This document shows, one piece after another, positions 30,562 to 40,156 of a stretch of 64,000 nt of DNA. The stretch covers positions 2,720,001-2,784,000 of the forward strand of contig OZ242010.1 of the NCBI GenBank assembly GCA_965204745.1, read 5' to 3'. Both the position numbers and the translations under genes were made by a program. Origin of the DNA: Candidatus Latescibacterota bacterium (GTDB lineage Bacteria > Latescibacterota > UBA2968). The notes under the pieces are model-generated. The model ran no database searches, was not told the origin of the DNA, and saw only the letters and a list, made by a program, of their open reading frames with translations. Every line of letters begins with the position of its first letter. The first letter of the stretch is position 1.

Positions 30562-31341
30562 ATGCCAAGTATTCTATCCCCATACCGCCCTGATCCGAAA
30601 GCCTGCGCGGTTGCTCGCGCGGTTGAGGAGGCGATTCATCCGGATAGGGTCATCCTGTTCGGCTCGCGCGCTCGGGGCGACTTTAACGCGGATTCCGACA
30701 TCGATCTGCTCATCATCACCGACGCTGAGCGGCGGGATAAATGGGAATACGTGCGGCACAGCGAGGTGGCACATCGCAAGAGCGAAGAAGTGTACGAGCA
30801 GTGGGTCGGCGTGGATTTGGTTCACATGAGCGAGGCTGCGTTTCACTATGGTCGGCGTGCGCGCAATCACATAGCAGGGCAAGCCGTGCGCGATGGCTTT
30901 GACGCGAATGGAGACAAGGTGAATTACGATAATCCTGAGCCGACGAATTGGCCCGACATACGACAGCGCATTGCAAACGCCGAGCGAGAACTCTCGGACC
31001 TGGAAAAGCTGATCGAAGTGGGCGGTTCGCAAGAGGCGATTGGTTTTCACGCACAGCAAGCGATAGAGAACGCGCTGAAGGGTTGGATTTCCGCACTAAA
31101 TGCCGACTATCGGAACACCCATGATTTGGGAGCGTTGATAGCGATAGTCCGGCAACATCCCGACGAGAACGATACACCGGCCGGCGAACGATTGACGTGG
31201 TTGAGCAAGTATGCGGTCACGTACCGCTATGAGGGCGCGGTGGTAGAGATGGACGACCGCTTCGCGTTGCTCAAAGGCGTCACCGAGACCGTGCATGCCA
31301 TCATTGACCGCATCCGTGCGCTGACCGGTAAGGGTGAATAG
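30562..31341 (+). CDS. MNT-HEPN fusion protein, copy 3
   Basis: Same motifs as copy 1. Confidence 0.88.
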   Translation: MPSILSPYRPDPKACAVARAVEEAIHPDRVILFGSRARGDFNADSDIDLLIITDAERRDKWEYVRHSEVAHRKSEEVYEQWVGVDLVHMSEAAFHYGRRARNHIAGQAVRDGFDANGDKVNYDNPEPTNWPDIRQRIANAERELSDLEKLIEVGGSQEAIGFHAQQAIENALKGWISALNADYRNTHDLGALIAIVRQHPDENDTPAGERLTWLSKYAVTYRYEGAVVEMDDRFALLKGVTETVHAIIDRIRALTGKGE

Positions 31342-31393
31342 ATGGTATAGATGCGGAAAGGTGAGCAGTATGTACCAAATCGGGAAATTGACC

Positions 31394-32176
31394 ATGCCGA
31401 GTATTCTATCCCCATACCGCCCTGATCCGAAAGCCTGCGCGGTTGCCCGTGCGGTTGAGGAGGCGATTCATCCGGATAGGGTCATCCTGTTTGGCTCGCG
31501 CGCTCGGGGCGACTTTAACGCGGATTCCGACATCGATCTGCTCATCATCACAGACGCTGAGCGGCGGGATAAATGGGAATACGTGCGGCACAGCGAGGTG
31601 GCGCATCGCAAGAGCGAGGAAGTGTACGAGCATTGGGTCGGCGTGGACTTGGTTCACATGAGCGAGGCTGCATTTCACTATGGTCGGCGCGCGCGCAATC
31701 ACATAGCAGGGCAAGCCGTGCGCGATGGCTTTGACGCGAATGGAGATAAGGTGAATTACGATAATCCCAAACCGACGAATTGGCCCGATATACGACAGCG
31801 CATTGAAAACGCCGAGCGTTGTCTCACTGATATGGAAGTTCTCGTTGAGGATTCCCGTTCTTCCCAAGAAATTATCGGATTTACCGCACAGCAGGCGATA
31901 GAGAACGCGCTGAAGGGGTGGATTTCCGCACTGGATGCCGACTATCGGAATACCCACGATTTGGGAACATTGATGGCGATAGTCCGCCGGCATCCCGATG
32001 AGAATGACACGTACGCTGGCGAACGATTGACGTGGTTGAGCAAGTATGCGGTTGAGTACCGCTATGAGGGCGCGAGGGTGGAGATGGACGACCGTTTCGC
32101 GTTGCTCGAAGGCGTCACCGAGACCGTGCATGCCATCGTTGACCGCATCCGTGCGCTGACCGGAGCGGGCGCGTAA
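31394..32176 (+). CDS. MNT-HEPN fusion protein, copy 4
   Basis: Same motifs as copy 1; one-codon insertion in the variable segment. Confidence 0.88.
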   Translation: MPSILSPYRPDPKACAVARAVEEAIHPDRVILFGSRARGDFNADSDIDLLIITDAERRDKWEYVRHSEVAHRKSEEVYEHWVGVDLVHMSEAAFHYGRRARNHIAGQAVRDGFDANGDKVNYDNPKPTNWPDIRQRIENAERCLTDMEVLVEDSRSSQEIIGFTAQQAIENALKGWISALDADYRNTHDLGTLMAIVRRHPDENDTYAGERLTWLSKYAVEYRYEGARVEMDDRFALLEGVTETVHAIVDRIRALTGAGA

Positions 32177-32260
32177 GAGGATCGAGTAGGGCGTTTGAAG
32201 TTTATTTTTTGTCATTTCCGCGTATCCGTGGTTGTTGCTGCATTTTGATTGGATGGGTCT

Positions 32261-33649
32261 ATGTCCAAATTCTTCTCGCATCGAACTTTGAAATACGGGT
32301 CTAATGCCCTTGTGATCGTGTTGATCGCGCTGGGCATTTTGGCTGTGGTCAATTTTTTGACCACGCGGTATCACGCGCGCTTTGACCTGACCGCACGCGG
32401 GCTTTATACCCTGTCGCCCAAGACGGTGTCGCTGTTGGAAAACTTGTCCGAAGATGTCAATATCGTGGCGTTTTTCCGCGAGGCAGAACAGCGCGATTAC
32501 GAGTCTTTGCTCGCGCAATACGCCTATCATTCGCGGCGGTTTGCGTATCGCTTTGTCGATCCGGACCGAGAGCCGATAGAGGCCAAGCGATACACGGTGA
32601 CGCGCTATGGCGTTTCGGTGATCGAATACGGCAACAGAGAAGAGCGCATTCGGGAAGCGTCCGAAAAGGCGTTGACCAATGCCATAGCGCGGTTGGCGAG
32701 TGAAGAGCGGCAGGTGGTCTATTTTGTGGGCGGGCACGATGAGGCGCATCCCGACGACCAATCGGAGACGGGATTTTCAAAGGCCAAGCAGTTGCTCATC
32801 GAAGGCAATCACGACGTGCGCCCGTCTTTGGTGCTGGCGCAAATGCAGCGCGTGCCCAAAAATTGCGATGTGCTGATCGTCGCAGGCCCCAAACGCCCAT
32901 TTTTGCCCGCGGAGATCGAGGCGTTGGCGACCTATCTCGACCAGGGCGGCGCGGCGTTCTTTTTGTTGGATCCCCTCGTCACGACCGAGCTTGAGCCGTT
33001 GTTGCAACAGTGGTCTGTCGGGTTGCGAGACGATTTTGTGGTGGATAAGAGCGAGGGACTGCCGGGCGCGGATTTTTCGTTCTTAGTGACGACGCGTTAC
33101 AGCAAACACCCCATTACAGATAGGCACTCGGGCTTGCAGACCTTTTATCCGCTGACCCGGTCCATAGCGCGCGTGGGGTCTTTGCCGGGCGCGGATGTGT
33201 CCCCGTTGGTGCAATCCTCGCCCCGCAGTTGGAGCGAGACCAATTTGGACGCCCTCCGCGACAAAGACGCGGACGCGGTGAAATACACATCGGGCGCTGA
33301 CCGCCCGGGCCCATTGTGGCTGGCGATGGCGGTTGAAGGGTCGGTGACGATTGCGGCAAAAGCCGGTGACGAGCGGCGCGGCGCACGGGCGCGCCTGGTG
33401 GTTTTTGGCGATTCGGATTTTGCGAGCAATCGCTTTGTAGAGCAGGGGGGCAATGGCGATTTGTTCATGAACGCGACGAATTGGTTGCTCAGAGCGCGAG
33501 ACAAAATTACCATTCGGCCCAAAAGCACGCGCCATCGCCCACTCACCCTCGCGCCTGGGGATGAGCTTTGGTTTCGCTGGGTGTATTGGCTGGCCCTGCC
33601 GGCCATCCCCATTGTCGCAGGCATACTGGTTTGGTGGCGGAGAAGGTGA
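32261..33649 (+). CDS. GldG-like ABC transporter auxiliary component
   Basis: RFDLT...YTLS..T, VDPD, GHDE, VAGP, VVFGDSDF, NWL; TM helices at both ends. Confidence 0.82.
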   Translation: MSKFFSHRTLKYGSNALVIVLIALGILAVVNFLTTRYHARFDLTARGLYTLSPKTVSLLENLSEDVNIVAFFREAEQRDYESLLAQYAYHSRRFAYRFVDPDREPIEAKRYTVTRYGVSVIEYGNREERIREASEKALTNAIARLASEERQVVYFVGGHDEAHPDDQSETGFSKAKQLLIEGNHDVRPSLVLAQMQRVPKNCDVLIVAGPKRPFLPAEIEALATYLDQGGAAFFLLDPLVTTELEPLLQQWSVGLRDDFVVDKSEGLPGADFSFLVTTRYSKHPITDRHSGLQTFYPLTRSIARVGSLPGADVSPLVQSSPRSWSETNLDALRDKDADAVKYTSGADRPGPLWLAMAVEGSVTIAAKAGDERRGARARLVVFGDSDFASNRFVEQGGNGDLFMNATNWLLRARDKITIRPKSTRHRPLTLAPGDELWFRWVYWLALPAIPIVAGILVWWRRR

Positions 33650-33715
33650 GGCGAGAAAGCAACCACAGAGTTGTTTTGAATTGCGTGAAGGAAAACCGAT
33701 GTAAAGGAGGAACGG

Positions 33716-36700
33716 ATGAAGAAACTGATTTTGCCAACGGGCTTGTGTATGACCGCGTTCACAGCACTGGTCTTTGTGGTCTATCAGGTCGCTGCGGAGT
33801 CCGATGCCAAAGGTGGTGCGACCACTGGGGAACCTTCCCCGATTGCTGAACCGCGTGCGAAAATGGTCGCTGGCGCCAATGCCAATGCGACGCTGTCGCT
33901 CGACCTGATTCCCAATGGCGGCGCGGGCAATCAGCGAAATGATGGCGTCACATCGGGCACCGTGTCTGGACGAGGCACCAAAATTGCCATTGAGGTTTTT
34001 GCAACCGGCGTGACCACCTCTTTGACCGGCATGCAACTTCGGTTTGACTTCGACGCGTCTTTGTTGACCTTTGTCAAAGCCGAGAACCGCGCGTTTTCCT
34101 TGCCCCTGCCACACCCGACAGGCACGGACTTCGCGGCGACTTCGCCGGTTCGTTTGGCGTCGTCGGGTTTTCTAACACGGGCAGAGTTCACCACGGCGAC
34201 CGATGTCGCGGGCAGGGCATTTTCCATTGGCATTGCGTCTGTGACGCTCTCTGAAAGTTTGTCATCGAGAGACACGCTCACCACGACAAGCCGAGTTGAA
34301 TTTAATGCGATGGCCCCGATGGCCCCGACGCCCGATTTTGATGGCGATAGGATGGTAGGCTTTTCCGACTTCTTGGCGTTTGCAGGACGATATGATACGC
34401 GGCAAGGGGAAGGCAGCTACCGTGCCAAGTACGATTTGAACCGCGATGGCGCGATAGACTTTTCTGATTTTCTGATTTTTGCCGGCAGTTATGGCAATAC
34501 AGTACCGCCTCCACCTCCTGGTGGCAGTAGCAGTCCCGATTTGATCGTTGAATCGCCGTCGGTCAGTGCCAGCACGCTAACGCCCGGGCAATCCTTCACC
34601 TTGCGTGCCACAGTTCGCAACCGGGGCACGGGGCAATCAGCCGAAACGACCTTGCGCTACTACCGTTCGTCCGACGCGACGATCTCCACGAGCGATACAG
34701 AAGTGGACACGGATTTGGTCAGCGGTCTGTCCGCTTCCGGCACGGATTCGGAATCGATCAGTCTGACTGCGCCGTCGGGTTCAGGCACGTATTACTACGG
34801 CGCGTGCGTGGCAAGCGTCAGCGACGAGAGCAACACCGACAACAACTGCTCGGCTGGCGTGCGCGTCACGGTGAGTAGCGGTGGTGGCGGTGGCGGTGGT
34901 GGCGGTGGTGGCGGTGGTGGCGGTGGTGGCGGTGGTGGTACGCCCAAGATGTACTGGACGAACGGTTGGACGGATAAGATTCAGCGTGCCAACTTGGATG
35001 GCTCCCAGGTTGAAGACCTCATCACAGGATTGAGTGCGCCATCTGGCATCGCGCTGGATGTGGGACGCGGAAAGATGTACTGGACGGACACTGGCACGGA
35101 TAAGATTCAGCGTGCCAACTTGGATGGCTCCCAAGTCGAAGACCTCATCACCACAGGATTGAGTAGGCCACATGGCATCGCGCTGGATGTGGGACGCGGA
35201 AAGATGTACTGGATGGACGATGCGACGAAGAAGATTCAGCGTGCCAACTTGGATGGCTCCCAGGTTGAAGACCTCATCACAGGATTGCTTTGGCTACGGG
35301 GCATCGCGCTGGATGTGGGACGCGGAAAGATGTACTGGACGGACGATTGGACAGATAAGATTCAGCGTGCCAACTTGGATGGCTCCAATGTCGAAGACCT
35401 CATCACCACAGGATTGAGGTATCCAGATGACATCGCGCTGGATGTGGGCCGCGGAAAGATGTACTGGACGGACTGGTTCACGAAGAAGATTCAGCGTGCC
35501 AACTTGGATGGCTCCAATGTCGAAGACCTCATCACCACAGGATTGGGTTCGCCATATGACATCGCGCTGGATGTGGGCCGCGGAAAGATGTACTGGACGG
35601 ACCGGCGCACGAAGAAGATTCAGCGTGCCAACTTGGATGGCTCCCAGGTTGAAGACCTCATCACAGGATTGCTTAGGCTACGGGGCATCGCGCTGGATGC
35701 CTCGGGGGCTGGTAGTGGTGTGAGTAGTAGCAGTCGTCCCGATCTGATCGTTGAATCACCTTCGGTCAGTGACAGCGTACTGACGTCAGGGCAATCCTTC
35801 ACCCTGCGTGCCACAGTTCGCAACCGCGGCACATGGCAATCAGCCGCAACGACTTTGCGCTATTATCAATCGTCCGACTCGACGATCTCCACGAGAGATA
35901 TAAGAGTGGGCACAGATTCGGTCAGCGGGCTTTCGGCTTCGGGTACCAGTGCGGAATCGATCAGTCTGACTACTCCGTCGTCGCGTGCGAGCACGTATTA
36001 CTACGGCGCGTGCGTGGCAAGCGTCATCGGCGAGATCAATACCAACAACAACTGCTCGGCTGGGGTGCGCGTTACGGTTGAGCGTCCCGATCTGATCGTT
36101 GAATCGCCGTCGGTCAGCGAGAGCACCTTGACGCCTGGGCAATCCTTCACCCTGCGCGCCACAGTTCGCAACCGGGGCGCAGGGCAATCAGCCGCAACGA
36201 CTTTGCGCTATTATCAATCGTTCAACGCGACGATCTCCACGAGAGATATAAGAGTGGGCACAGATTCGGTCAGCGAGCTTTCGGCTTCTGGTACAGGTTC
36301 GGAATCGATCAGTCTGACCGCGCCGTTGAGTGCGGGCACGCATTACTACGGCGCGTGCGTGGCAAGCGTCAGCGACGAGAGCAACATCAACAACAACTGC
36401 TCGACTGGGGTGCGCGTTACGGTTGAGCGTCCCGATCTGATCGTTGAATCGCCGTCGGTCAGCGAGAGCACCTTGACGCCTGGGCAATCCTTCACCCTGC
36501 GCGCCACAGTTCGCAACCGGGGCACGGATCGCTCAGCCTCGACGACCTTGCGCTATTATCAATCGTTCAACGCGACGATCTCCACGAGCGATACAGAAGT
36601 GGGCACAGCTTCGGTTAGCGGTCTTTCGGCTTCTGGTACAGGTTCGGAATCGATCAGTCTGACCGCGCCGTCGCGTGCGGGCACGTATTACTACGGCGCG

Positions 36701-37645
36701 TGCGTGGCAAGCGTCAGCGACGAGAGCAACACCAACAACAACTGCTCGGCTGGGGTGCGCGTCACGGTGAGTAGCGGTGGGGGTGGTAGCAGTGGTCCCG
36801 ATCTGATCGTTGAATCGTCTTCGGACAGCGACAACACGCTGATGCCTGAACAATCCTTCACTCTGCGTGCCACAGTCCGCAACCGGGGCACGGCTCGGTC
36901 AGCCTCGACGACCTTGCGCTATTATCAATCGTCCGACGCGACGATCACCACGAGCGATATAGAAGTGGGTACAGCTTCGGTTAGCGGTCTTTCGGCTTCT
37001 GGTACAGGTTCGGAATCGATCCGTCTGACTATTCCGTCGTCGCATGCGGGCACGTATTACTACGGCGCGTGCGTGGCAAGCGTCAGCGACGAGAGCAACA
37101 CCGACAACAACTGCTCGGATGCCGTGCGCGTTACGGTGGGATTGTTCATAGCCCCGGGCGAGATAAGACAATACACAAGGACGTTTTCTGCCAGTTTTAG
37201 TTATACCCGTCTTTGGGATGCTATCTCGTATCGCGTCGTGTCGTCAGACATAGACTCTGGCTTATTAGGTGTGTCAAATGTTAATTTTGACATACTTTCG
37301 CGCGCGCGCGAAAGATACCCTCCTACTTTTGGAGTTGTTCGCTCAGTAACTGCAGTGAGATTTACTTACAATCTGTCCGTAAGCTCATCAATACCCTTAA
37401 ATACTACACTACGGGCTAGAGTGACTTATCGGATACTCAAGGGCCGCTTCTTTCCTTCTGTGAAGGGGACTTATACTGTTCCATTAACGATTTTTGTTAG
37501 TGAAAATAGTAGCGGTAGTGCCAAGTTGACCGTCGGAGACGCGGAGTCGGCGATGCCAGTCCAAGAGCAAGGCAGTTTGCCCCCGTCATCAACATGGATC
37601 AACCTAAAACGCTATAGCGAGGAACCTAGAAATTCCTCACCATAA
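33716..37645 (+). CDS. Secreted multidomain protein: cohesin-like, EF-hand/dockerin-like, 5 CARDB-like Ig repeats, poly-Gly, 6 YWTD (LDLR-B) repeats, low-GC C-terminal domain
   Basis: Signal peptide; DFDGDRMVGFSDF and DLNRDGAIDFSDF; PDLIVES x5; KMYW(T/M) x6. Confidence 0.85.
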   Translation: MKKLILPTGLCMTAFTALVFVVYQVAAESDAKGGATTGEPSPIAEPRAKMVAGANANATLSLDLIPNGGAGNQRNDGVTSGTVSGRGTKIAIEVFATGVTTSLTGMQLRFDFDASLLTFVKAENRAFSLPLPHPTGTDFAATSPVRLASSGFLTRAEFTTATDVAGRAFSIGIASVTLSESLSSRDTLTTTSRVEFNAMAPMAPTPDFDGDRMVGFSDFLAFAGRYDTRQGEGSYRAKYDLNRDGAIDFSDFLIFAGSYGNTVPPPPPGGSSSPDLIVESPSVSASTLTPGQSFTLRATVRNRGTGQSAETTLRYYRSSDATISTSDTEVDTDLVSGLSASGTDSESISLTAPSGSGTYYYGACVASVSDESNTDNNCSAGVRVTVSSGGGGGGGGGGGGGGGGGGGGTPKMYWTNGWTDKIQRANLDGSQVEDLITGLSAPSGIALDVGRGKMYWTDTGTDKIQRANLDGSQVEDLITTGLSRPHGIALDVGRGKMYWMDDATKKIQRANLDGSQVEDLITGLLWLRGIALDVGRGKMYWTDDWTDKIQRANLDGSNVEDLITTGLRYPDDIALDVGRGKMYWTDWFTKKIQRANLDGSNVEDLITTGLGSPYDIALDVGRGKMYWTDRRTKKIQRANLDGSQVEDLITGLLRLRGIALDASGAGSGVSSSSRPDLIVESPSVSDSVLTSGQSFTLRATVRNRGTWQSAATTLRYYQSSDSTISTRDIRVGTDSVSGLSASGTSAESISLTTPSSRASTYYYGACVASVIGEINTNNNCSAGVRVTVERPDLIVESPSVSESTLTPGQSFTLRATVRNRGAGQSAATTLRYYQSFNATISTRDIRVGTDSVSELSASGTGSESISLTAPLSAGTHYYGACVASVSDESNINNNCSTGVRVTVERPDLIVESPSVSESTLTPGQSFTLRATVRNRGTDRSASTTLRYYQSFNATISTSDTEVGTASVSGLSASGTGSESISLTAPSRAGTYYYGACVASVSDESNTNNNCSAGVRVTVSSGGGGSSGPDLIVESSSDSDNTLMPEQSFTLRATVRNRGTARSASTTLRYYQSSDATITTSDIEVGTASVSGLSASGTGSESIRLTIPSSHAGTYYYGACVASVSDESNTDNNCSDAVRVTVGLFIAPGEIRQYTRTFSASFSYTRLWDAISYRVVSSDIDSGLLGVSNVNFDILSRARERYPPTFGVVRSVTAVRFTYNLSVSSSIPLNTTLRARVTYRILKGRFFPSVKGTYTVPLTIFVSENSSGSAKLTVGDAESAMPVQEQGSLPPSSTWINLKRYSEEPRNSSP
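34880..34939 (+). repeat. (GGT/GGC)20 poly-glycine tract
   Basis: Direct reading. Confidence 0.95.
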
Positions 37646-37657
37646 ACTGCCTACCGC

Positions 37658-37822
37658 AACAACAACTGCTCGGAGGGCGTGCGCGTCAAGGTCAGCGGCG
37701 GTGGTGGGACTCCACCGCCGTCATCCGGTGAGGCTTGCTCTGTGGGGCCGGTCGTCAGGCCCAGCCAGAGCTGTACGGTCGGCGTAGGCACAGGCGTAGC
37801 CTACGAGGAGCGAAGCGAATAA
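37658..37822 (+). pseudogene. Orphan alternative C-terminus of the upstream repeat protein
   Basis: Start-less frame NNNCSEGVRVKVSGGGGTPPPSSGEACSVGPVVRPSQSC matches the CARDB-repeat end NNCSAGVRVTVSSGGG. Confidence 0.7.
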
Positions 37823-37883
37823 CGGGGGCCGGGGGGATAGGTACCATTTTGGTATAACTAACCACTCTCATGGAGAATTACTT

Positions 37884-39239
37884 GTGGGCAAAAAAATAAC
37901 CGCGATTTTGGCGGTGTTGTTTTTGGGTTTGGTGGGGTTTGTGCTTTTTGTTGAACGCCCCAAAATGGCCGAGGAGCAACGCGCGGCACAAGCCGAAAAT
38001 GCGTTTATCGACATCGCGCGGCATCGCGTTGCACGGTTGACATTGACCAATGACTACGGGCGATTTGTCGCTGAAAAACGCGGCAATGAGTGGGTGTTGG
38101 TCGCGCCGATAGAAGTGCCCGCGGATTGGATGGAATTTGAAGGCATGATCGAGATCGCACAGCTGGTCGAGCGCGGTCGGGTCGTGGTTGATGAAGGCGA
38201 CTACGCGGACGCGGCCCTCGCGGATTTCGGGTTGCAACCGCCCATGGTCGCGGTGCAATTCGATCCCCCATCAGGCGACTCTGTGGGGTTGTTTTTTGGC
38301 GATGACATTCCGTCTAAGCAAGCGTGCTATTTGAGGTGGTCGGGCGGGAAGAAGATCGTGTTGACGAGGAAGAAGTACCGCGCGCGGTTCAACCGGCCGC
38401 TGACGGCTTTGCGCGATACGCGCGTCTTTCCCTTTGATCCGGACGCGGTGACGCGGGCGCGCATCGAGACGCCGAAGCGGACTTACGAGGTGGTTCGGGA
38501 TGGGCTGAACTGGCATCTCGTCGCGCCGATCCAGGCGCGGGCAGACGAGCGCGAGGTGTTGAAGTTGTTGGGAAAATTGAAAGACGAGCGCGTGGCGTCG
38601 TTTCACAAAGAGGTGGTGGACGATCCGACGGCGTACGGGTTTGACGATCCGGATTACGAGGTGGTATTGCATCGCGGGGAAGACGACTCCCCCCTGACGC
38701 TGATGCTGGGCAAGCGCGTGCGCGACCAACGCTTAAAACAGTGGTACGGCCAAGTGCTGGGCCAGCCGCAGGTGTTTATCGTCGAACAGTTCATGGTGGA
38801 ATCCCTGGATGTCCCGCTGACGCAGTTGCGCTACAAGCGCGTGTTTGAGTTTGACAGGACGGGGATCGACCGCGTGCGCTTGACCTATCCGGACAGCGCG
38901 ATCACCTGCACAAAGGACGGCGCGGGGGCGTGGCAAGTGGCGATCCGAGACGAGCGCGTTGCCGATGCGGGGGTGGATGACTTGATCGACCGGGTTCACA
39001 ATTTGGTCGTGGCCGAGTTTCTCGATGGGGCGGATGGATCTCCAGCGCGTTATGGCTTGGATGATCCGGCATTGAAAATTTCGCTTTGGCGGGGCGATGC
39101 GTTGGTTCAAGAACTCGTCGTCGGGCGGGCCGACGAGTTGTGGTACGGCAAGGCCATGACGTTTTCCGACGTGGTGGTGTTGCCGTATTCGGCGATGTCG
39201 TGGTTGCAACTCGATGCGTTGATGCGAGAAGGAGCCTAA
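37884..39239 (+). CDS. DUF4340-domain protein
   Basis: N-terminal TM helix; three repeats with W...P..A.AD / YG..P / LRD patterns; usual GldG neighbour. Confidence 0.78.
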   Translation: MGKKITAILAVLFLGLVGFVLFVERPKMAEEQRAAQAENAFIDIARHRVARLTLTNDYGRFVAEKRGNEWVLVAPIEVPADWMEFEGMIEIAQLVERGRVVVDEGDYADAALADFGLQPPMVAVQFDPPSGDSVGLFFGDDIPSKQACYLRWSGGKKIVLTRKKYRARFNRPLTALRDTRVFPFDPDAVTRARIETPKRTYEVVRDGLNWHLVAPIQARADEREVLKLLGKLKDERVASFHKEVVDDPTAYGFDDPDYEVVLHRGEDDSPLTLMLGKRVRDQRLKQWYGQVLGQPQVFIVEQFMVESLDVPLTQLRYKRVFEFDRTGIDRVRLTYPDSAITCTKDGAGAWQVAIRDERVADAGVDDLIDRVHNLVVAEFLDGADGSPARYGLDDPALKISLWRGDALVQELVVGRADELWYGKAMTFSDVVVLPYSAMSWLQLDALMREGA

Positions 39240-39247
39240 GGGACGCG

Positions 39248-40156
39248 ATGCGTGGGATTTTTTACTTTTTGATCGCGGTGGGATTACAAGCGGTTCCGGC
39301 AACTGCGACAGTGGAATTTTTGACCGGGGTGGACCGCGATACCCTGACCATTGGCGATCCGTTTGTGTTGCGCCTGCGCGTGCATCGCGGGGCCGATGAT
39401 CGGGCAGAGATCGCGTTTGGCGAGGACTTTCCCGGGCCATTTGAGATTCAACACACCGGCGAGGTGGAGACGACGCAACTCGAAGCTGGGCGGGTGCGAG
39501 AGACGCAAGACCTCGTACTGACCGTGTATCAGGTGGGCGCGTTTGTCCTGCCGCCGGTGTCCGTGCAATTTGTGGATGCCGCGGGCGATTCCGGAACGAT
39601 TGCGTCTCGCCCCATCGACATTTTGGTGCAAAGCGTGCGGGCCCAAAACGAGGCGGATATCCGCGATGTGAAGCCCCCTGTCGCGGTTGAAGCGCGTATC
39701 CCCCTGTGGTTTTGGCTTCTGTATGGCGGGCTAATTTTGGCGATTGCGGGGGTGATTTGGTACGCGTATCGCCGCAGGCGTCGGCCCAAAGCCGAGGCGC
39801 CGCCCCCACCTGTCAACTATTTGGCTGAGTTGGACGAGGTCGGGCAGTTGGGGTTGTTGGAGCGGGGAAATTACCGGCAGTACTATTCCCTGCTGTCGTC
39901 TGTGTTGCGGCGTTGCTTGGAGGCCAAGACCCCGGTGCAAGCGGTGGAGCGCACGACGGTTGAGATCGTGCGAGACTTGCGCGCACAGGCGGTTGACGAT
40001 CAGTTGACGATAGAGATCGAGCGGTTTTTGAACGAGGCGGATCGGGTGAAGTTCGCCAAGTTCGCGCCGCACGAGGCGATGGCACGCGAAGCGATAGACG
40101 AGGTGCGCGGCATTGTGACAGTGCTGCTGACGCCCGCTGAGGAGGAGGCCGAGTGA
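39248..40156 (+). CDS. BatD-like/DUF4381-type membrane-anchored protein
   Basis: Signal peptide; IGDP; IRDVKPP; TM helix; ERTT.E, ADRVKFAK; directly upstream of batA. Confidence 0.65.
   Translation: MRGIFYFLIAVGLQAVPATATVEFLTGVDRDTLTIGDPFVLRLRVHRGADDRAEIAFGEDFPGPFEIQHTGEVETTQLEAGRVRETQDLVLTVYQVGAFVLPPVSVQFVDAAGDSGTIASRPIDILVQSVRAQNEADIRDVKPPVAVEARIPLWFWLLYGGLILAIAGVIWYAYRRRRRPKAEAPPPPVNYLAELDEVGQLGLLERGNYRQYYSLLSSVLRRCLEAKTPVQAVERTTVEIVRDLRAQAVDDQLTIEIERFLNEADRVKFAKFAPHEAMAREAIDEVRGIVTVLLTPAEEEAE

Noticed and set aside
28901-32176. Diversity-generating retroelement acting on the MNT-HEPN copies
   Set aside because: No reverse transcriptase or non-coding template repeat; differences are not adenine-restricted and include an indel.
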